DNA of 35,803 nt from Jimgerdemannia flammicorona (GCA_003990765.1 RBNJ01000238.1:1-35803), one strand, 5' to 3'; positions 1-12,769 are shown, numbered from the stretch's first letter. A program made the numbers and translations. The notes: generated from the letters alone by a model not told the origin.

Positions 1-908
1 AAAAAAAAAAAAAAAAAAAATCACAAGTATACTAATAAGATTAATCTAAAGATAAGAGATAAGATAGATAGTCTAGAGGTAATAATAGATAATTGGAGAT
101 ATAGAATAATAAATCAGATATAATTTGATCAACTCTCTATTTGAATAATATTTTTATATATAGATAATTAGTATGTATATAATAGCTGACTAAGCTATAG
201 AAATATATACTAATAGAGATAGTTTTTAAAATAAATATAAAGCTAAGAAAAGATAAATAAAATAATATTAAGTTATTAAATATTGGATTTGAAATTAATA
301 ATAAGATATAAAAAGTTTATTAATATATATATAGAGAGAATATTTATATATATTTGAAGGCTATAACTAAATATAATATACTGGATATATTTATATATAG
401 TTATACTACTTTGAGTAACTATGACTGCTAGTCAGAAATTTCTGTCAGAATTTCCATTGAAATTTCCAGAGACTTGTAGATATATATAATAATTTATTAT
501 AAGATTGATGATATTGATAAAAAAAAAATTATAAAAAATATTTAAATAGTATTATTTTATTAGTTATATTGCTTTATTGATAATGTAGATTAAATCTAAT
601 AGTTATAGAATATATCACCATAATTTCAAGATCAGGTTAGATTAAATCTGTTTATTACATTAATACTTCCAATAAATCAAATCAAATTGAATCAAAGGTC
701 CAATTTGATTTGAGATTCAATTTGAACTCTATTTTTTGAAATGTAATAACTTGACAAAAACATGTCCAAATTTAAAGATTGTTAAATTTGGACATGTTTT
801 CATCAAGTTATTACATTTCGAAAAATAGGGTTCGAAACAGACCCTCGAATTGAAAAATCCCCAATTTGATTCACAATATTCTGCAGTTGAAATTTGACTA
901 ATTCACTA
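1..908. mobile_element. Degenerate AT/TpA-rich repeat, probably the end of a hypermutated DNA transposon
   Basis: 1-660 is very AT-rich, TpA-rich and essentially CpG-free, like the TE interiors later in the window. 670-900 has aatcaa/attgaa runs (plausibly deaminated aatcga) and a 55-bp inverted repeat. Composition becomes normal near 910. No protein motif recognised. Confidence 0.5.
721..836. repeat. 55-bp inverted repeat with 6-nt spacer
   Basis: Arm 721-775 (tttgaactct...catgtccaaatttaa) pairs with arm 782-836 (ttaaatttggacatg...gggttcgaa); 5 mismatches, all transitions. Confidence 0.9.
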
Positions 909-1702
909 ACTGTCCTCGCACTATCCAGCCTTAGTAGCAGTCCCAAATTTTACAAATGTGCAAGCTCGCGATATCCCGTAATAAATTTCTAGTGCTCCAA
1001 CGGGACGAACTTATCCTGTTTCAACATAATGAAACAACGGCGATTATTGGTAAAACAGCTCGTTGTTGATGCGAGATAACATGTGTTATTTTGCATCGTC
1101 AAACTTCCCTTCGTTTTGGATGAGGACAGCTGCTAGACTTCGGGAAATGGCCATTATCCCTGCTGCTTCAACAGTTTAGTCAAAGTAATTCGTTATTATC
1201 CCTATTTTGTTCCTACCCTGAATGCACTTTTCAGCCTATAGAGGTCTTGAAGATCGAGGCTGCTGTGAGGTATACGTACGTGTGCATTGACTTGATTGCT
1301 TCATTCGCCAAGTCGATCAGTGTGATGTCAAGGTATGTGCGTGGCTTGAGGGGGGCGTGTTGGCTAAGAATTTTACTATGGGTGATACATCGATTTAGGG
1401 CACGTGACCTTACAATGAGCCAATGAAAGACTTCGACCATTTACATAAATATCGTCTAACGGTCCTTCTCGCTCTTTGCACGAAGTTGTGACTAATGAGT
1501 TTATGCGTGGCTCATCGGGTTCTTGGTTAGCTTTGCTTACTGGCTTGGGATGCCCGATCCATAGGTGTTGGTCGGATTAACCCACCGGTACACACCACCC
1601 AAGGGACCGGAAACTACTCTTGCTGGTGCCTAAGGCAATTGAGTCGGGGGCTGGCATTATGGCTACGACCTGGAAAGCCACCTCTTCGTGTCGCTTTCTC
1701 CC

Positions 1703-2400
1703 GCATGTATTCTATTACACATGTATCCTCTTACACATCCATTTTCTTACACGCATTATGTTCTTATTTTCTTACTCACGTTGTTTTCTCATCCAACGCG
1801 TTTCTCGCCCAACGCGTTGTTTTCTCACCCAACACGTTTTTTTCTTACCCACGCGTTGTTTTCCTGCCCACGTATTGTTTTCTTATGCACGCATTGTTTT
1901 CTTACCCGCGCGTTGTTTTCTTACGCCGCATTGCTTTCTTACACACGTAGTGTTTTCTTTCTCACGCATTCGCATTGTTTTATTACTCACGCATTGTTCT
2001 CTTACACACGCATTGTCTTCTTACTCCCGCATTGTTTTCTTACACACATACTGTTTTCTTACTCACACACTCGCATTGTTTTCTTACCCACACATTGTTT
2101 TCTTACCACGTATTGTCTTCTTACGCACGTAGTGTTTTCTTATTCATGCATTCGCATTGTTTTACCCACGCATTGTCTTCTTACACACGTAGTGTTTTCT
2201 TACTCATGTATTTGCATTGTTTTCTTACCTACGCGTTGTTTTCTTATCCGCGCATTGTTTTCTTACGCACGTAGTGTTTTCTAAATTACGCATTCACTTT
2301 GTTTTCTTATCCATGCATTGTTTTCTTACCAACGCATTGTCTTCTTACCCACGTAGTGTTTTCTTGCTCATGCGTTCGCATTGTTTTCTTACCCACGTAC
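1703..2400. repeat. Degenerate ~19-21 bp minisatellite (consensus ~ACCCACGCATTGTTTTCTT) with a higher-order unit
   Basis: Dozens of cgcattgttttctta / cgcgttgttttctta / cgtagtgttttctta units. The overlapping ORFs here are low-complexity artefacts. Confidence 0.9.
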
Positions 2401-2679
2401 TAACTTGTTAATCTAACACTTCTATTTCCCAACGACTTCGACTAACTTTTGGCACTGGTAGAACTCATTCCTCCCCCTTCCAACTCTCACGAGCCTACCC
2501 TAGATCCCAACCGCGATCGCCTTGCGCTTTGCGAGAACATGGCCAACGGAAATACACGGTGGGTTTGTTTTTTTTGGCTTTTGCGTATCCTTCACGATCT
2601 CGAAATCTTTCATGTTCGGTTAAAATGTTTAATCATCTTATTTACTCACTATTCCACCTTCATTTCAACTCCGCATAGG

Positions 2680-3500
2680 GAAAACAAAACCAAAGCTGAA
2701 CATTCTTGCGGCCAAAAAGAATCAGTAGCTGCACTGCACCACTCGGTGACGAAATCCCGTTGTTTCTGCCCAACATATAGCGACACCCGGAGGTGTATTT
2801 ACTTTTGGAACTTGGTATGTTGATAAGGCGGAGTGAGTGAGGGTGGGGGAATGTGTTGCAGTGGACTCGAGGCTGTGTGCAAGAAAAGACATGCTAATAT
2901 TATCATGTGCTAATAGCGTCCCTTTATCTCAGAAACCCTCGCCGACTTCAGCATCTATCCTCAAGGAGCACAACCCGTTGATATAGTGCTATCTTAATGA
3001 CTTCCCGACCTTCTCGTTGTACCACTATATCACTGTATGTAGCCAAAATCTTTGCCTTTTATTTTCGTTGATCGTGATTCCATATTGAAGGGCTACCATT
3101 AATGGAGGGCCAATTTTATTTTTATTTTTTATTTTTATTTTTTCAGAACAGCGAGCTCAAGCCTTTTGACGATGAACGAGGGAATTGGCTCTGACCACCT
3201 CACCGCCAACTTCAAGCTCTCCAAGGTTGAAGGTGCCCTCGTCTTATCTGAAAATTTAGCTTTTCTATTTCCATTTTCATTTCTGGTATCCAACCTTCAT
3301 CTCACATATATCTCCCACTCCAAATTTATCACCCCCTCAAAAGCTATATGAATGTCCCATCACCTCCAAACTGAGGGCCTCTTCGTGCGCGGAACTTGGT
3401 GGGTCCCGCGTGCGCAGCAGCTTCAGCACCCAATGGCCAACGTGATGGTGCTGTGCGATGGTGGAGACCGGTACATATGCAAGTGTTACAGCGAGAGAGA
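2680..3500 (+). pseudogene. Cysteine synthase (PLP-dependent) C-terminal remnant
   Basis: Fragments in the expected order: ASILKEHNP (~2952), KPFD/TMNEGIGSDHLTANFK (3147-3220), MSHHLQTEGLFV (3352-), VLCDGGDRY (3448-3474). These match cysteine-synthase motifs EGIG..LTANF, EGLFVG and LCD.G.RY. Frameshifts, stops and deletions are present. Confidence 0.65.
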
Positions 3501-4494
3501 GGTTGTTGAGGGAGAATGGATTCAACGAAGATGTGAGGATAGGGGAGGGGAGCGTGGGTGCTGGGCATTAAGGGAAGGCAGTGAATTGAGAGGCGTGGTA
3601 TCGGAGGGATTGGTACGGGTATGGCAATTTCAGTTGGCCAGAGTTGCAGTGATTTCCAGAGATTTGTATAATTTCCCAAGTTATGAAAATGGAATTGCTC
3701 TTCGTATCATTGGCATAATGGTAGAGAACTTCGACTTGTTGGCAGCCGAAGTGCCGAAGTGTCGGAAGCACGACAGCTGGATAAAAGTGTACTCATGAGC
3801 GGGTTTGGCGTCAACAGAAGGCTAACAAATTGTAATCGAAACTGATATTAGCGAGCTTCAGAACCGTCCTGCTTGAAATATCTTGTAGCTTAAGAGTCCA
3901 ACGCGGCACTCTCAGGATGTCAATTTAGATTCGCCACACCGACCGCCAAGAATGCGATCTTGGCTATTCCCAATATATTAATGTGTTGAAAAAGGCTTCT
4001 CGGTCTTGCGGCTGATAGGCAATACCAAAAGATGGTCTGCCAACAGAGATGTTTCCAGAAGCTAACAGATATGTATAAGCTTTATATCCTATGGCATTCG
4101 CAATAAAAAAAAATAAATAAAATTATGTTCGGCCTATCACAGTTGATTTCCATATTCCAAATCCACTCCCATGCATCCCATCGATATGGATTACAGCGTG
4201 GTCTCAACCTCCGTTTTTCTCCCGCGTGGATCCCTGGCCTTTCAGCCGGATTTTGAGCCTTAGAATTGGCATCCGTACAATAGTTAATTGGGAGAACATC
4301 CTTCGTTAAAAGACGCTAAATAAATGAGAATATTCACATATGGGAACCCCAACAAATTGTATATTCGATGTTCGACTATTTTGGTGGCATGAAAAAAAGG
4401 GGGGTCGAGTGTATTCCCAATTACGGTGCATATGCTACAAGAGCTGAGCAGCCCGGGCCACGTTCTCCCCGCCGGTTCATCCTTCCTAATAACC

Positions 4495-5345
4495 CGCCCA
4501 CTCCTCAGCTTTGTTTTATGAGAATAATGAACATTCCCTACGAACTGCAGCTCGTGAACTCCTCTCTCGACGCCTCCGCCAACGCCCATATATTCCTCGT
4601 CTGTGCACCCCATGGACTGTACCATCTGCGGCTTCACGCCGGCAATTTGCATCTCTTCAGCAGCTCACCCGCCCGACTCGGTCATCCACGGATTGTGAAT
4701 GACAGGTAGTCAGTCTCTATCCTCACGACATCAGCTGCTGCGAGATGCGAGCTTAGCTTTAAGGTCACCGTCAGATCGATGCCGCGGTAGGATGTTGCAG
4801 CGAGGACTGCAGTGAAGATGTTATAAATCGTAAGCTGGAGGAACACATTGGCGCAATAGCGGCAATCGTGTTTGGGGTTTTTATTGTGGTCAAAACCCGG
4901 TTTGGTACCCGTTTCCCACCCTCCCCTCCCCCATAAAAAAAAATGAATGAATGAAAAAGGCTTTATGGCAAGGTTGCTCTGAAAATACTAACATCACTCA
5001 AAAATGTATAGTTTGATCTCCGATCCTCGACTGTCAGGTCTACCTCCATCACCTCCACATAATCTTCAGGTTTTGTCACCCTAGCCTTTGCCCAATTTCC
5101 GCCGCAAACCACGCAATCATAACCCTACAGAGCCCTACCACCATAGGTAAGCACCGAACCAATCGGAAAACAACCACGAACGCGAGAAAAAGCACACTCA
5201 CCTTTGGAACACAAAAACAAACGTGTTATCTAGGAACGGCACTCCCGCCAGTGTATCAGCGACGTCGAAATGGACGTTTTGGAGCTCGGTATTTGGGGTA
5301 AAGTCGGCGATGTCGGTACCATGCATCTCGGATCTAGGGTTAGAT
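4495..5345 (-). pseudogene. SAM-dependent (class I) methyltransferase pseudogene, 3 exon remnants
   Basis: Exon ~5340-5202: PRSEMHGTDIADF...VHFDVADTLAGVPFLDNTFVFVFQR|gt. Exon ~5125-5000: RVTKPEDYVEVMEVD. Exon 4806-~4500: RGIDLTVT...ETDYLSFTIRG*PSRAGELLK...GVKPQMVQSMGCTDEEY. In-frame stop and frameshifts; motif-I exon not found. Confidence 0.75.
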
Positions 5346-5831
5346 ATATGGTACCGATAGCTGGCGAGGCGTTGAAGTATCTGAAATAAAGTAGTTAACC
5401 TATGCGCTACGATAGATGCGCAACCAGCGCTGTCCGAACATTCCGATGAGCTTTCGCTGTCAGCTACTGTATTGTAAAGGGGGGGGGGGTGGGGGAGGAG
5501 CTTGTCGCTTGTCAGCGTGAGAAATATTATCTCTGATCCGTCTTATCCTCATCACTTAAACTAAAGCTTTGTTAGTTGCAATAATTATATATGTCCAAAT
5601 ATTTACTCTCACGACGGAGTATTATTTTTCTAAAAAAAGGATATACGAACCCTGGGGCGGGTCGGAACGTTCGCAATATCAACTCCTAAGCTCGTTACAA
5701 TTTGATCATCCGTTCGACAAAATCCACTGTTCTAAGCACTTCCTATACTATATTTTGTGCGGGTGACGTAACCGATTCTTATCACCTGACGCGGAAGCCA
5801 CAAGACGCGCGGGTAACTGACATACCACGCC

Positions 5832-6868
5832 ATGAGCTCATTAAACAAGGAACTATTCGGCTCGGATGATGAAGATGACGACGACGAAGTTTTCGGCGCC
5901 CAATCCCCTTTTTCCGAACCAGATGATCTCCCACCTGACGACGCCACCGGCCGAACCTCGCACGACTTCCATCCCGATCTCTACACCCCTTCATTTGACC
6001 CCTCCAACCTTGACCTCTTCCCCTCCATACCGGGCCTCGTACTCTTACGGTCGGCCTTGACGCACGCCCAGCAGTCTGCCATCGTCAGGGCTGTCATCGA
6101 CGGCGGGTACTTCGCCACGCCGGAACAGAACCAGACAATGCATTTCGGGAAGCTGCCGCCGCACGTGGACTGGTTGGGTGGGTGGACGGTCGAGGTGCAA
6201 AGGAAGTTAAAGGAGGAGGGGAGAGAAGGGTTGTTCCCGAGAGCGATTGTGGAGAGGACGCCATTGTTCGATCAGGCAATTGTGAATTTATATACGAGAG
6301 GTGTGTAGAGTTTCAGACTTGACACAATCTTAGCAAGAACTCATTCGACGCACCATCCATATAATTGTCTCATTATATTAGGCGAAGGAATTAAAAGCCA
6401 CGTGGATCTCGCAAGGTTTGTACTACCCCTCCCATCCACGCTTATAGCATCTTCATATCCCTTTAATACCTCTCAATTCATTTCCACAGATTCGCCGACG
6501 GAATTTTAATTCTGTCCCTACTGACTTCCTGTGTCATGACCATGCGCCCGGCATCTGAGGCCTCCAAAGTCGCCACCACCTACAACACCAACACTCTCAC
6601 CACTTCCACCGTCTCTATTCCTGTTCTACTTCGGCCAGGCGACGTTCTCTCGCTCTCGGGCCCGGCGCGGTACGACTGGGAGCACGGGATTGAGGAGCGG
6701 ATGTTTGACGTGTTGCCGGATGGGGAGAGGATCCAGAGAGGGACTAGGATAAGTGTTACTTTGAGAAGAATGATGGGTGACGGAGTTGTGATTAGTGGAG
6801 AAGTGGAAGGAGAAGAGGAGAGAGGGAAGGAAAGGGAAAGCTGGGTAACTGCTGGGAGAAGGAAATAA
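5832..6868 (+). CDS. AlkB-family 2OG-Fe(II) dioxygenase; exons 5832-6300, 6382-6415, 6490-6868
   Basis: GT-AG splicing gives an open frame with DQAIVNLY..GEGIKSHVD (HxD), ILSL, LLRPGDVLSLSGPARYDWEHGI (distal H) and RISVTLR (RxxxxxR). Confidence 0.9.
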
Positions 6869-7125
6869 TTGTGTGGCAATACGCGAATGGCAAAGCTGGA
6901 CGTATAAGCGCGTTGTCAGGGGGGAATGGAAAATGAATAAAAATCAGGAGAGTGACAGAAACTAAGAATGACAATTTGGAGAAGTGGAAACCATACACTA
7001 ACGCTGTGAGGATGCCGATGAGGGGTTCATATTGGCGAAAGGAACAGTTATAAATGAAACAAGCGGAAGTGGCAATGTCTACATCCTCATATTGGAGGCA
7101 ACATTGCGCCATTTTCAAGCGACCA

Positions 7126-8040
7126 TTACACCCAATCCAGGGGACAATTGCCATCGGAGCGCCACCCATTTATGCAACCGGTGGAGGCCAATGTTGTTCC
7201 CTTTAAACGAACAGGGAATGAGCGAGCACGCATGGATTGTGAGCCTGATTCCTTCGTGTAGCTGCGCACAATTCTTCACATAGTTCCAACATACAAGAGA
7301 GATTCAGCTCGGTCAGGCCGTGTTTTGGTTCAGAGACTCGGATATGGCGCGTTTACCCTCGCCGCCGATGCTATTCCCTTAAAATGAACAGGGGATGTGC
7401 GATTACGTACAGACTGCGAGCTTGATTCCTTCACACAACAGACAAAATGCATCACATAGTTCTGACATCAGCTCGGTCAAGGTCATGTTCTGTTTCAGAC
7501 ATTCGGCTAGAGCACGGCTTAACAGAGATCCGATGTTGTTGGCTAAAATAAAATAGATTAAGAGCATGCCCAAAGCACGATCCGTATTTTGGCATGCTGC
7601 AGTAAACAATAATTGACATGGGTCGGGCATACAGCTGAGATCGAGTTTGTTCACGTTTGTGTTTTCCTTCAGAATCTGGACGATAATTCGTGATGCCCTA
7701 TCGTCGATGCCTTCCCTGAAGATAAACACGCAATGAGCGAACACACACGGAGATAGAGTTTGACTCCATCACTTATTTGAAAAGAGCGTGTTTCATACAA
7801 TTTTCTCATACCAGAGAGATTCAGCAGATTCGAAGTTGTGTTCTGCTTAAGAAACTCGGCTAGGATTCCCGCCAGTCCTGCTTCCTGAAGATAGGTGGAG
7901 AATAGCAAACACATATAAGCCATCACACCGCTGAAAACGATGGCTCACACAGTTATGACATACTAGAGACATCCAGCTCGCTCAGGATTGTGTTCTCAGC
8001 TAGGGCGTGGGATTCGGCCATGCCAGTACCTTCCCCTAGA
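7126..8040 (-). pseudogene. RNI-like LRR array remnant (six exon units), 5' part missing
   Basis: Units such as ANNIGSLLSRALAECLKQNMTLTEL, GNSIGGEGKRAISESLNQNT and EGIDDRASRIIVQILKENTNVNKLDLS are separated by introns homologous to those at 26766-28400. One donor is deleted and one exon frameshifted. Confidence 0.8.
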
Positions 8041-8224
8041 TATAGATGAGGTTGTGAGTCAATTGTGGTATGTCAAATCTGCTGTTGTAGGTCATTCATT
8101 AATCGGTCACCGCCGCCTCCCACTCGCCACCGTTGCCTGAACAAGACACGAAACAAGAATACAAATACCCTCCAGCTAACGTAATAATCTGTCGTCCCGC
8201 GATGCTACTGTGACAAGAAAACAT

Positions 8225-9179
8225 TATAGTATAGCCAGATGACGTGCAAAACACTCAGCATAGTTACCCCACATAGTTACCCTTTGTGCCACCCATTGTA
8301 TAAATAGCTGACATACTAAATTAGGACAAACTTTGTGCCTCCAGGGTACACCTATACCCTAAAGGAACACCTGTGCTCTGAAGGAACACCTGTTCCCTAA
8401 AGGAACACCTTCCTAAATTAGCCTTACTGTGCATTTTATAATTAGCTATATAATAATTAGTTAGCAACTATAACTATATAAAATACCTCAGTGATATGTA
8501 AAAGTGAATAAATCTTAGTTTGAAAAGTTCAAAAGCAAAAGACAAGTCTGCCTAATACACTTTGAGGAATATATCTGCCAAAAGCCACTTAATCCAGAAA
8601 GGATTGTAACACTTAGAAGAAATGTCTGCTCTACAACCATTACTTAGGAGATTGTGAGCTTCTTTTTTCACTCTAGTCTACTTTTCAATATAAAGAAGAG
8701 AAATCCCTTATCTCTTACCTAAGCCAGTCAACTATATACATCTTTATAGTAAACTCATTTATACAAATAAAGCAGTCAATTGATGAAACTTTGCTAAAAA
8801 AAAAGTCTGCTGATTTTGGTCTGCTTACTAAATTAAACCTAAATTTGAGAACTCTACTATTTTTAATCTACTTACTAAATGAAGCCTGAATTATCTACCA
8901 AAGTTTAAGTAAAGAACTTAGCTATAATATTCAGAGAAATCTGTCAGATACAGAACCTATGCTATTAGAGAATAATCTACTAAATCTGCCTTATTATACA
9001 GAATCTGTCTAATAAGAAAATTGCTAAAATTACTTATATTATATAAACTAAAGAACTCATACTTTTAGAAAACAACCAAATTTTTATTACTTTTGACAAA
9101 GTAACTAAAGACTTAAGCCAATCTATATAGTAGCTCCAATCTTATAATTTACCTCTCTTGAGCTAGTATGTATATTATA
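8225..9179 (+). repeat. 5' LTR
   Basis: Aligns with 14603-15476. Starts tatagt (<tgtagt) and ends tatattata (<tacactaca); carries extra internal blocks relative to LTR2. Confidence 0.85.
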
Positions 9180-9181
9180 TT

Positions 9182-9198
9182 TGGGAGCTCAACTAGGA
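9182..9198 (+). promoter_or_regulatory. Primer-binding site, tRNA-Pro type
   Basis: tgggagctcaactagga lies 2 nt after LTR1 and equals TGGGGGCTCAACCGGGA after reversing three transitions, the expected complement of a tRNA-Pro 3' end. Confidence 0.65.
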
Positions 9199-10650
9199 AG
9201 ATTTTTTTCAAATCTATATAACTTTTTAGCTTACAAAAATTTAACAACCAAATTGGATACATTTGATACAATACTAATCTCTACTATTATGGAAGATTAA
9301 ATCATTAGTAGTATTTAGACAGAAAGAAAAATAATTATCTTAAGACTTATCAACTATCTAGTATTAGAAGAATTTCAACCAGATATTAGTATAGCTTAAA
9401 ATTCTCAATTAGCATCAGCTCAATTACCTTGTAAATATTCCAAAAATACTAGCAGACTTATATATTACTAAGAGATCTGATCCAGCTAGACCAACTAGAT
9501 AATATAGAAAATTCTATCTAAAATTCAATAAACTTGCATAAGAACTTAAAGAATATATTATCAGATTTCTATTCTTCTTAAAAATCTCATCTATTTCTCT
9601 CTTATCTGGACCAGCAGATCTTTTAAGTCTAGTATCTTTAAGAATACCAAGAGATATCTCAGTACTCTAAAGACCAAGTATATATCCTTCAACTCTTTCA
9701 ACTTCCAGTAGCTCAATCAGACTTAGTATACTCATAATAAGTAAAATAGATTCAAAAACTAAAAAAGAACTATATAGAAGACAGTGACAACAAAATGATA
9801 ATACTATTATCTATATTTGTAGAATATCTAGAAGAAGACCTAAGGAAATTTCTAAATACTCTTGAAAAAATTACAGTTCTGAAGAATCTTACTTCCAGAA
9901 GATGAATTGTAGTCTTCAAAATATAACTAAGAGAGCTAGCTAAAGAAATATTTACCAAAATATCAAATAACCCAAACTCTGATCTAGGATAAGCTATAGC
10001 TGATATATACCATTATACAGACTAGTATAAAGCTATCTTCTACTGACTTATTGAAGAGTATACAAGAACAAAAACTTACTACAAAGTTTAAGAATCTATT
10101 ATAGATATAAAGATAAATCTTGAAAATCTCCATAAGTATTCTTCACAAACATTCAGAAGAGAATATATACTACTAAATTTAGTACTATTAATTAAGATAT
10201 TATTAATCTAATGATCTTTATATATAAATAGAATTCCTCTCAACATTACTTAGTATATCTATACTCTTAATATCAAGAAGCCTAATGAATAAGTAAATAT
10301 AGCCTAAGGATACTTTGATATCAAGTAAGGAATTACTTGGAATGATAATAAGAAAGAAGACAAGAAAGATCTCTTGACTAAAACTCTCCAAGGGATTCTT
10401 TAAAAAAACCTAAGAGAGAAGAAATCTATAAAGTAGAGGAAAGATAAGAATAAAATCCAAGACCTCAGCTCTAAACTAGACTAATTAGATAAATAAATCA
10501 AAAAGACTCACTATATGTGAAAATCAGAGCTACCTATAAGATAACAGAAGTTATATACTATAAAGAAATTAAAATTACCTATTTAGAGATAATAAAAGCA
10601 ACCAACTATAAGAAAAAAAAAAGTACTTACTCTGAGATAGAGCTCAAGTT

Positions 10651-10700
10651 CAATACTTCTACTGTGGATAGTTTGGATACTATACTATAGAATATTGCAA
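10651..10700 (+). pseudogene. Gag CCHC zinc knuckle remnant
   Basis: caa tac ttc tac tgt gga tag ttt gga tac tat act ata gaa tat restores to Q-C-F-Y-C-G-Q-F-G-H-Y-A-x-E-C (CX2CX4HX4C). Confidence 0.75.
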
Positions 10701-11329
10701 TAGAAGAAGTAACTAAAGAGATTCAGAATTACTAAATCAAAAGAATATAACCTATATAGTATAAGAAGACTAAAGCTCAAGATTTGAAAGAAGTAATAGT
10801 GAAGACTATAGTAATCTAGACTTAAGGTCATCTTTAAGAAGACAGTCTACCCTACTAAGAAAAGAAAAAGACTAGTAAAAAAGTCATCTAGAAGAGTAGA
10901 CAGAAGAACTATCCAGGAGGAAGATAGAGAAGATGAGAAAGAGCAGATTAAAATATCTCTCCAGTCTCTCTCATCTTTTATCTCTGAGACTACAACTTAT
11001 AAAGAAAGTCACTTATCTGAAAATAAAGAAATAGAGCAGAAAGAATAAGAGCCTATTACTTTAAAGCTAAAGAAGAAGTATGCCCCAAAAACCAAGTCTT
11101 GAGACATCTATAATGAAGCTTGGCAAAAGATTCAAGAAGTCAAGATAGAAGTTCCTCTCCTATAGTTCTTATAATTGATACTTACTGGAGTTTAAAACAA
11201 ACTACTGAGAACCATCAGATCCAACACTGACTGAGTCTCAATCTCACAATAAGAACTAGTACCAACTACTATCCAGATTGCCAAAAGATATATCAGTATA
11301 TATTTGCAGAGAAATATTAGAGAACAAAG

Positions 11330-11580
11330 GTGAAAATCCTCATTAACATAGAAGTAGTCATCTATATCATTACTAAAAGATTTCTAAATACTCTACAGTA
11401 ATCTATTGATAAGCTATCTAATCTCAGTATTATAGTAGCAAATGGAGCATAAACTCAACCCTTAAGAGAAGTATGAAATATCACTATCACTCTTAAATAC
11501 TTCTAGTTTTCTGTTCTGAAGGCTATTGTTACTAAAACTATTACTTATAATATAATCCTTGGTACTAACTGAATGAAAGA
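11330..11580 (+). pseudogene. Retroviral-type aspartic protease remnant
   Basis: ctc att aac ata gaa gta restores to LIDTGA; tat aat ata atc ctt ggt act aac tga restores to YDVILGTDW. Confidence 0.75.
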
Positions 11581-12769
11581 AATGTATATAGTTATTTATA
11601 TTGACTAACAAACAGATGCTCAAATTTGACTATAAAGAAAAGAAGTATCAAAATCAAGGTAACTATCTATAAGTAGTCTAAGAAGAAGAAGATTATTATT
11701 CAGGAAGAATATACTAGCAGTAAAGAATTTACTACAAAGAAGAGAGAAGAATCTAAAGATGAAAATAATTCTAGACTTTACCTACAAATCAATCTAGTAG
11801 ATGATAGACCAGAAGACAATATATAAATATAAGATACTATCACTATTACAATTAGAACTATTGCAAAATAAGCTGAAAAATGCTTTATCTGTCTCAAAGA
11901 CACAAGTACTCTAAACACTCTTCCAAGATTATTAGAATAAGAAACTCATCTGATACAGTCTGTCCTGAATATAGAAAAAGAAAGAAGAAATATAATTACT
12001 TATAAAAGATACTCAAAACTGAAGCTATAGAAGTACAAGTAATCTAAGAATAAGAAATAACTGATGAAGAAATTCCAAAACCAGAAAAACTCCCTGAATT
12101 AATTCTCTAAGATGACTCTTACTAGATATTATTAGAAGATGATGATCTCTGAAATATTGAAGAAGAACTAAGCATATTTACTATTATCTCAAGATAAGAA
12201 ATAAATAAGAAAAGAGCCTTTTAGCTAAGAAGATACCAGTATCAAATAGTCTTCTACTCTTTCCAAAACTACTACTATTAGTACTACTTATTGAATCAAT
12301 AAGAAAAATAAAGATACTATGAACTAATATCTCTAGTAATTATTATATAGATAATTATATTTTAAGAAATAACTACCATATTGACAAAATGATTCTATAG
12401 AAGAGACCACTTCATCTGTATAGAAGTATAGCCCTTAGCTACCTTTCTCTCTATCTATAACAGAGAGGATTACTGATTTTTAAAATAATAAGAAGTTGAT
12501 GACTAAAAACAGTACTTCTAAGCAATAGAATACTATCTTTATAGAAAATATCTATGCTGCTAAACCTACTAGCATGAGAAGATAAATCTCAGTTAAGATA
12601 TTATAGTATATATACTTAAGAGAGAAGATAACAGAACTAAGATCCAAAAAGACTAAGTCAAGAAATCTACAAAAAGGACCCTCAAGATCTGTGACCTAGA
12701 AGATAATATTTTAGCTCTTATCAGATATATAACTTGTAAACTCTCTTTTCTCTACTATCTTACTGGTCA

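Noticed and set aside
1620..2411. Several overlapping 64-198 aa ORFs; possible CRISPR-like array
   Set aside because: The ORFs are translations of a stop-poor minisatellite. There are no unique spacers or cas genes, and the context is eukaryotic.
3352..3798. 148-aa ORF as an intact gene
   Set aside because: Only its first ~45 aa resemble cysteine synthase, with a deletion; the rest has no recognisable motif.
4368..4709. 113-aa plus-strand ORF
   Set aside because: Antisense shadow of the methyltransferase pseudogene exon.
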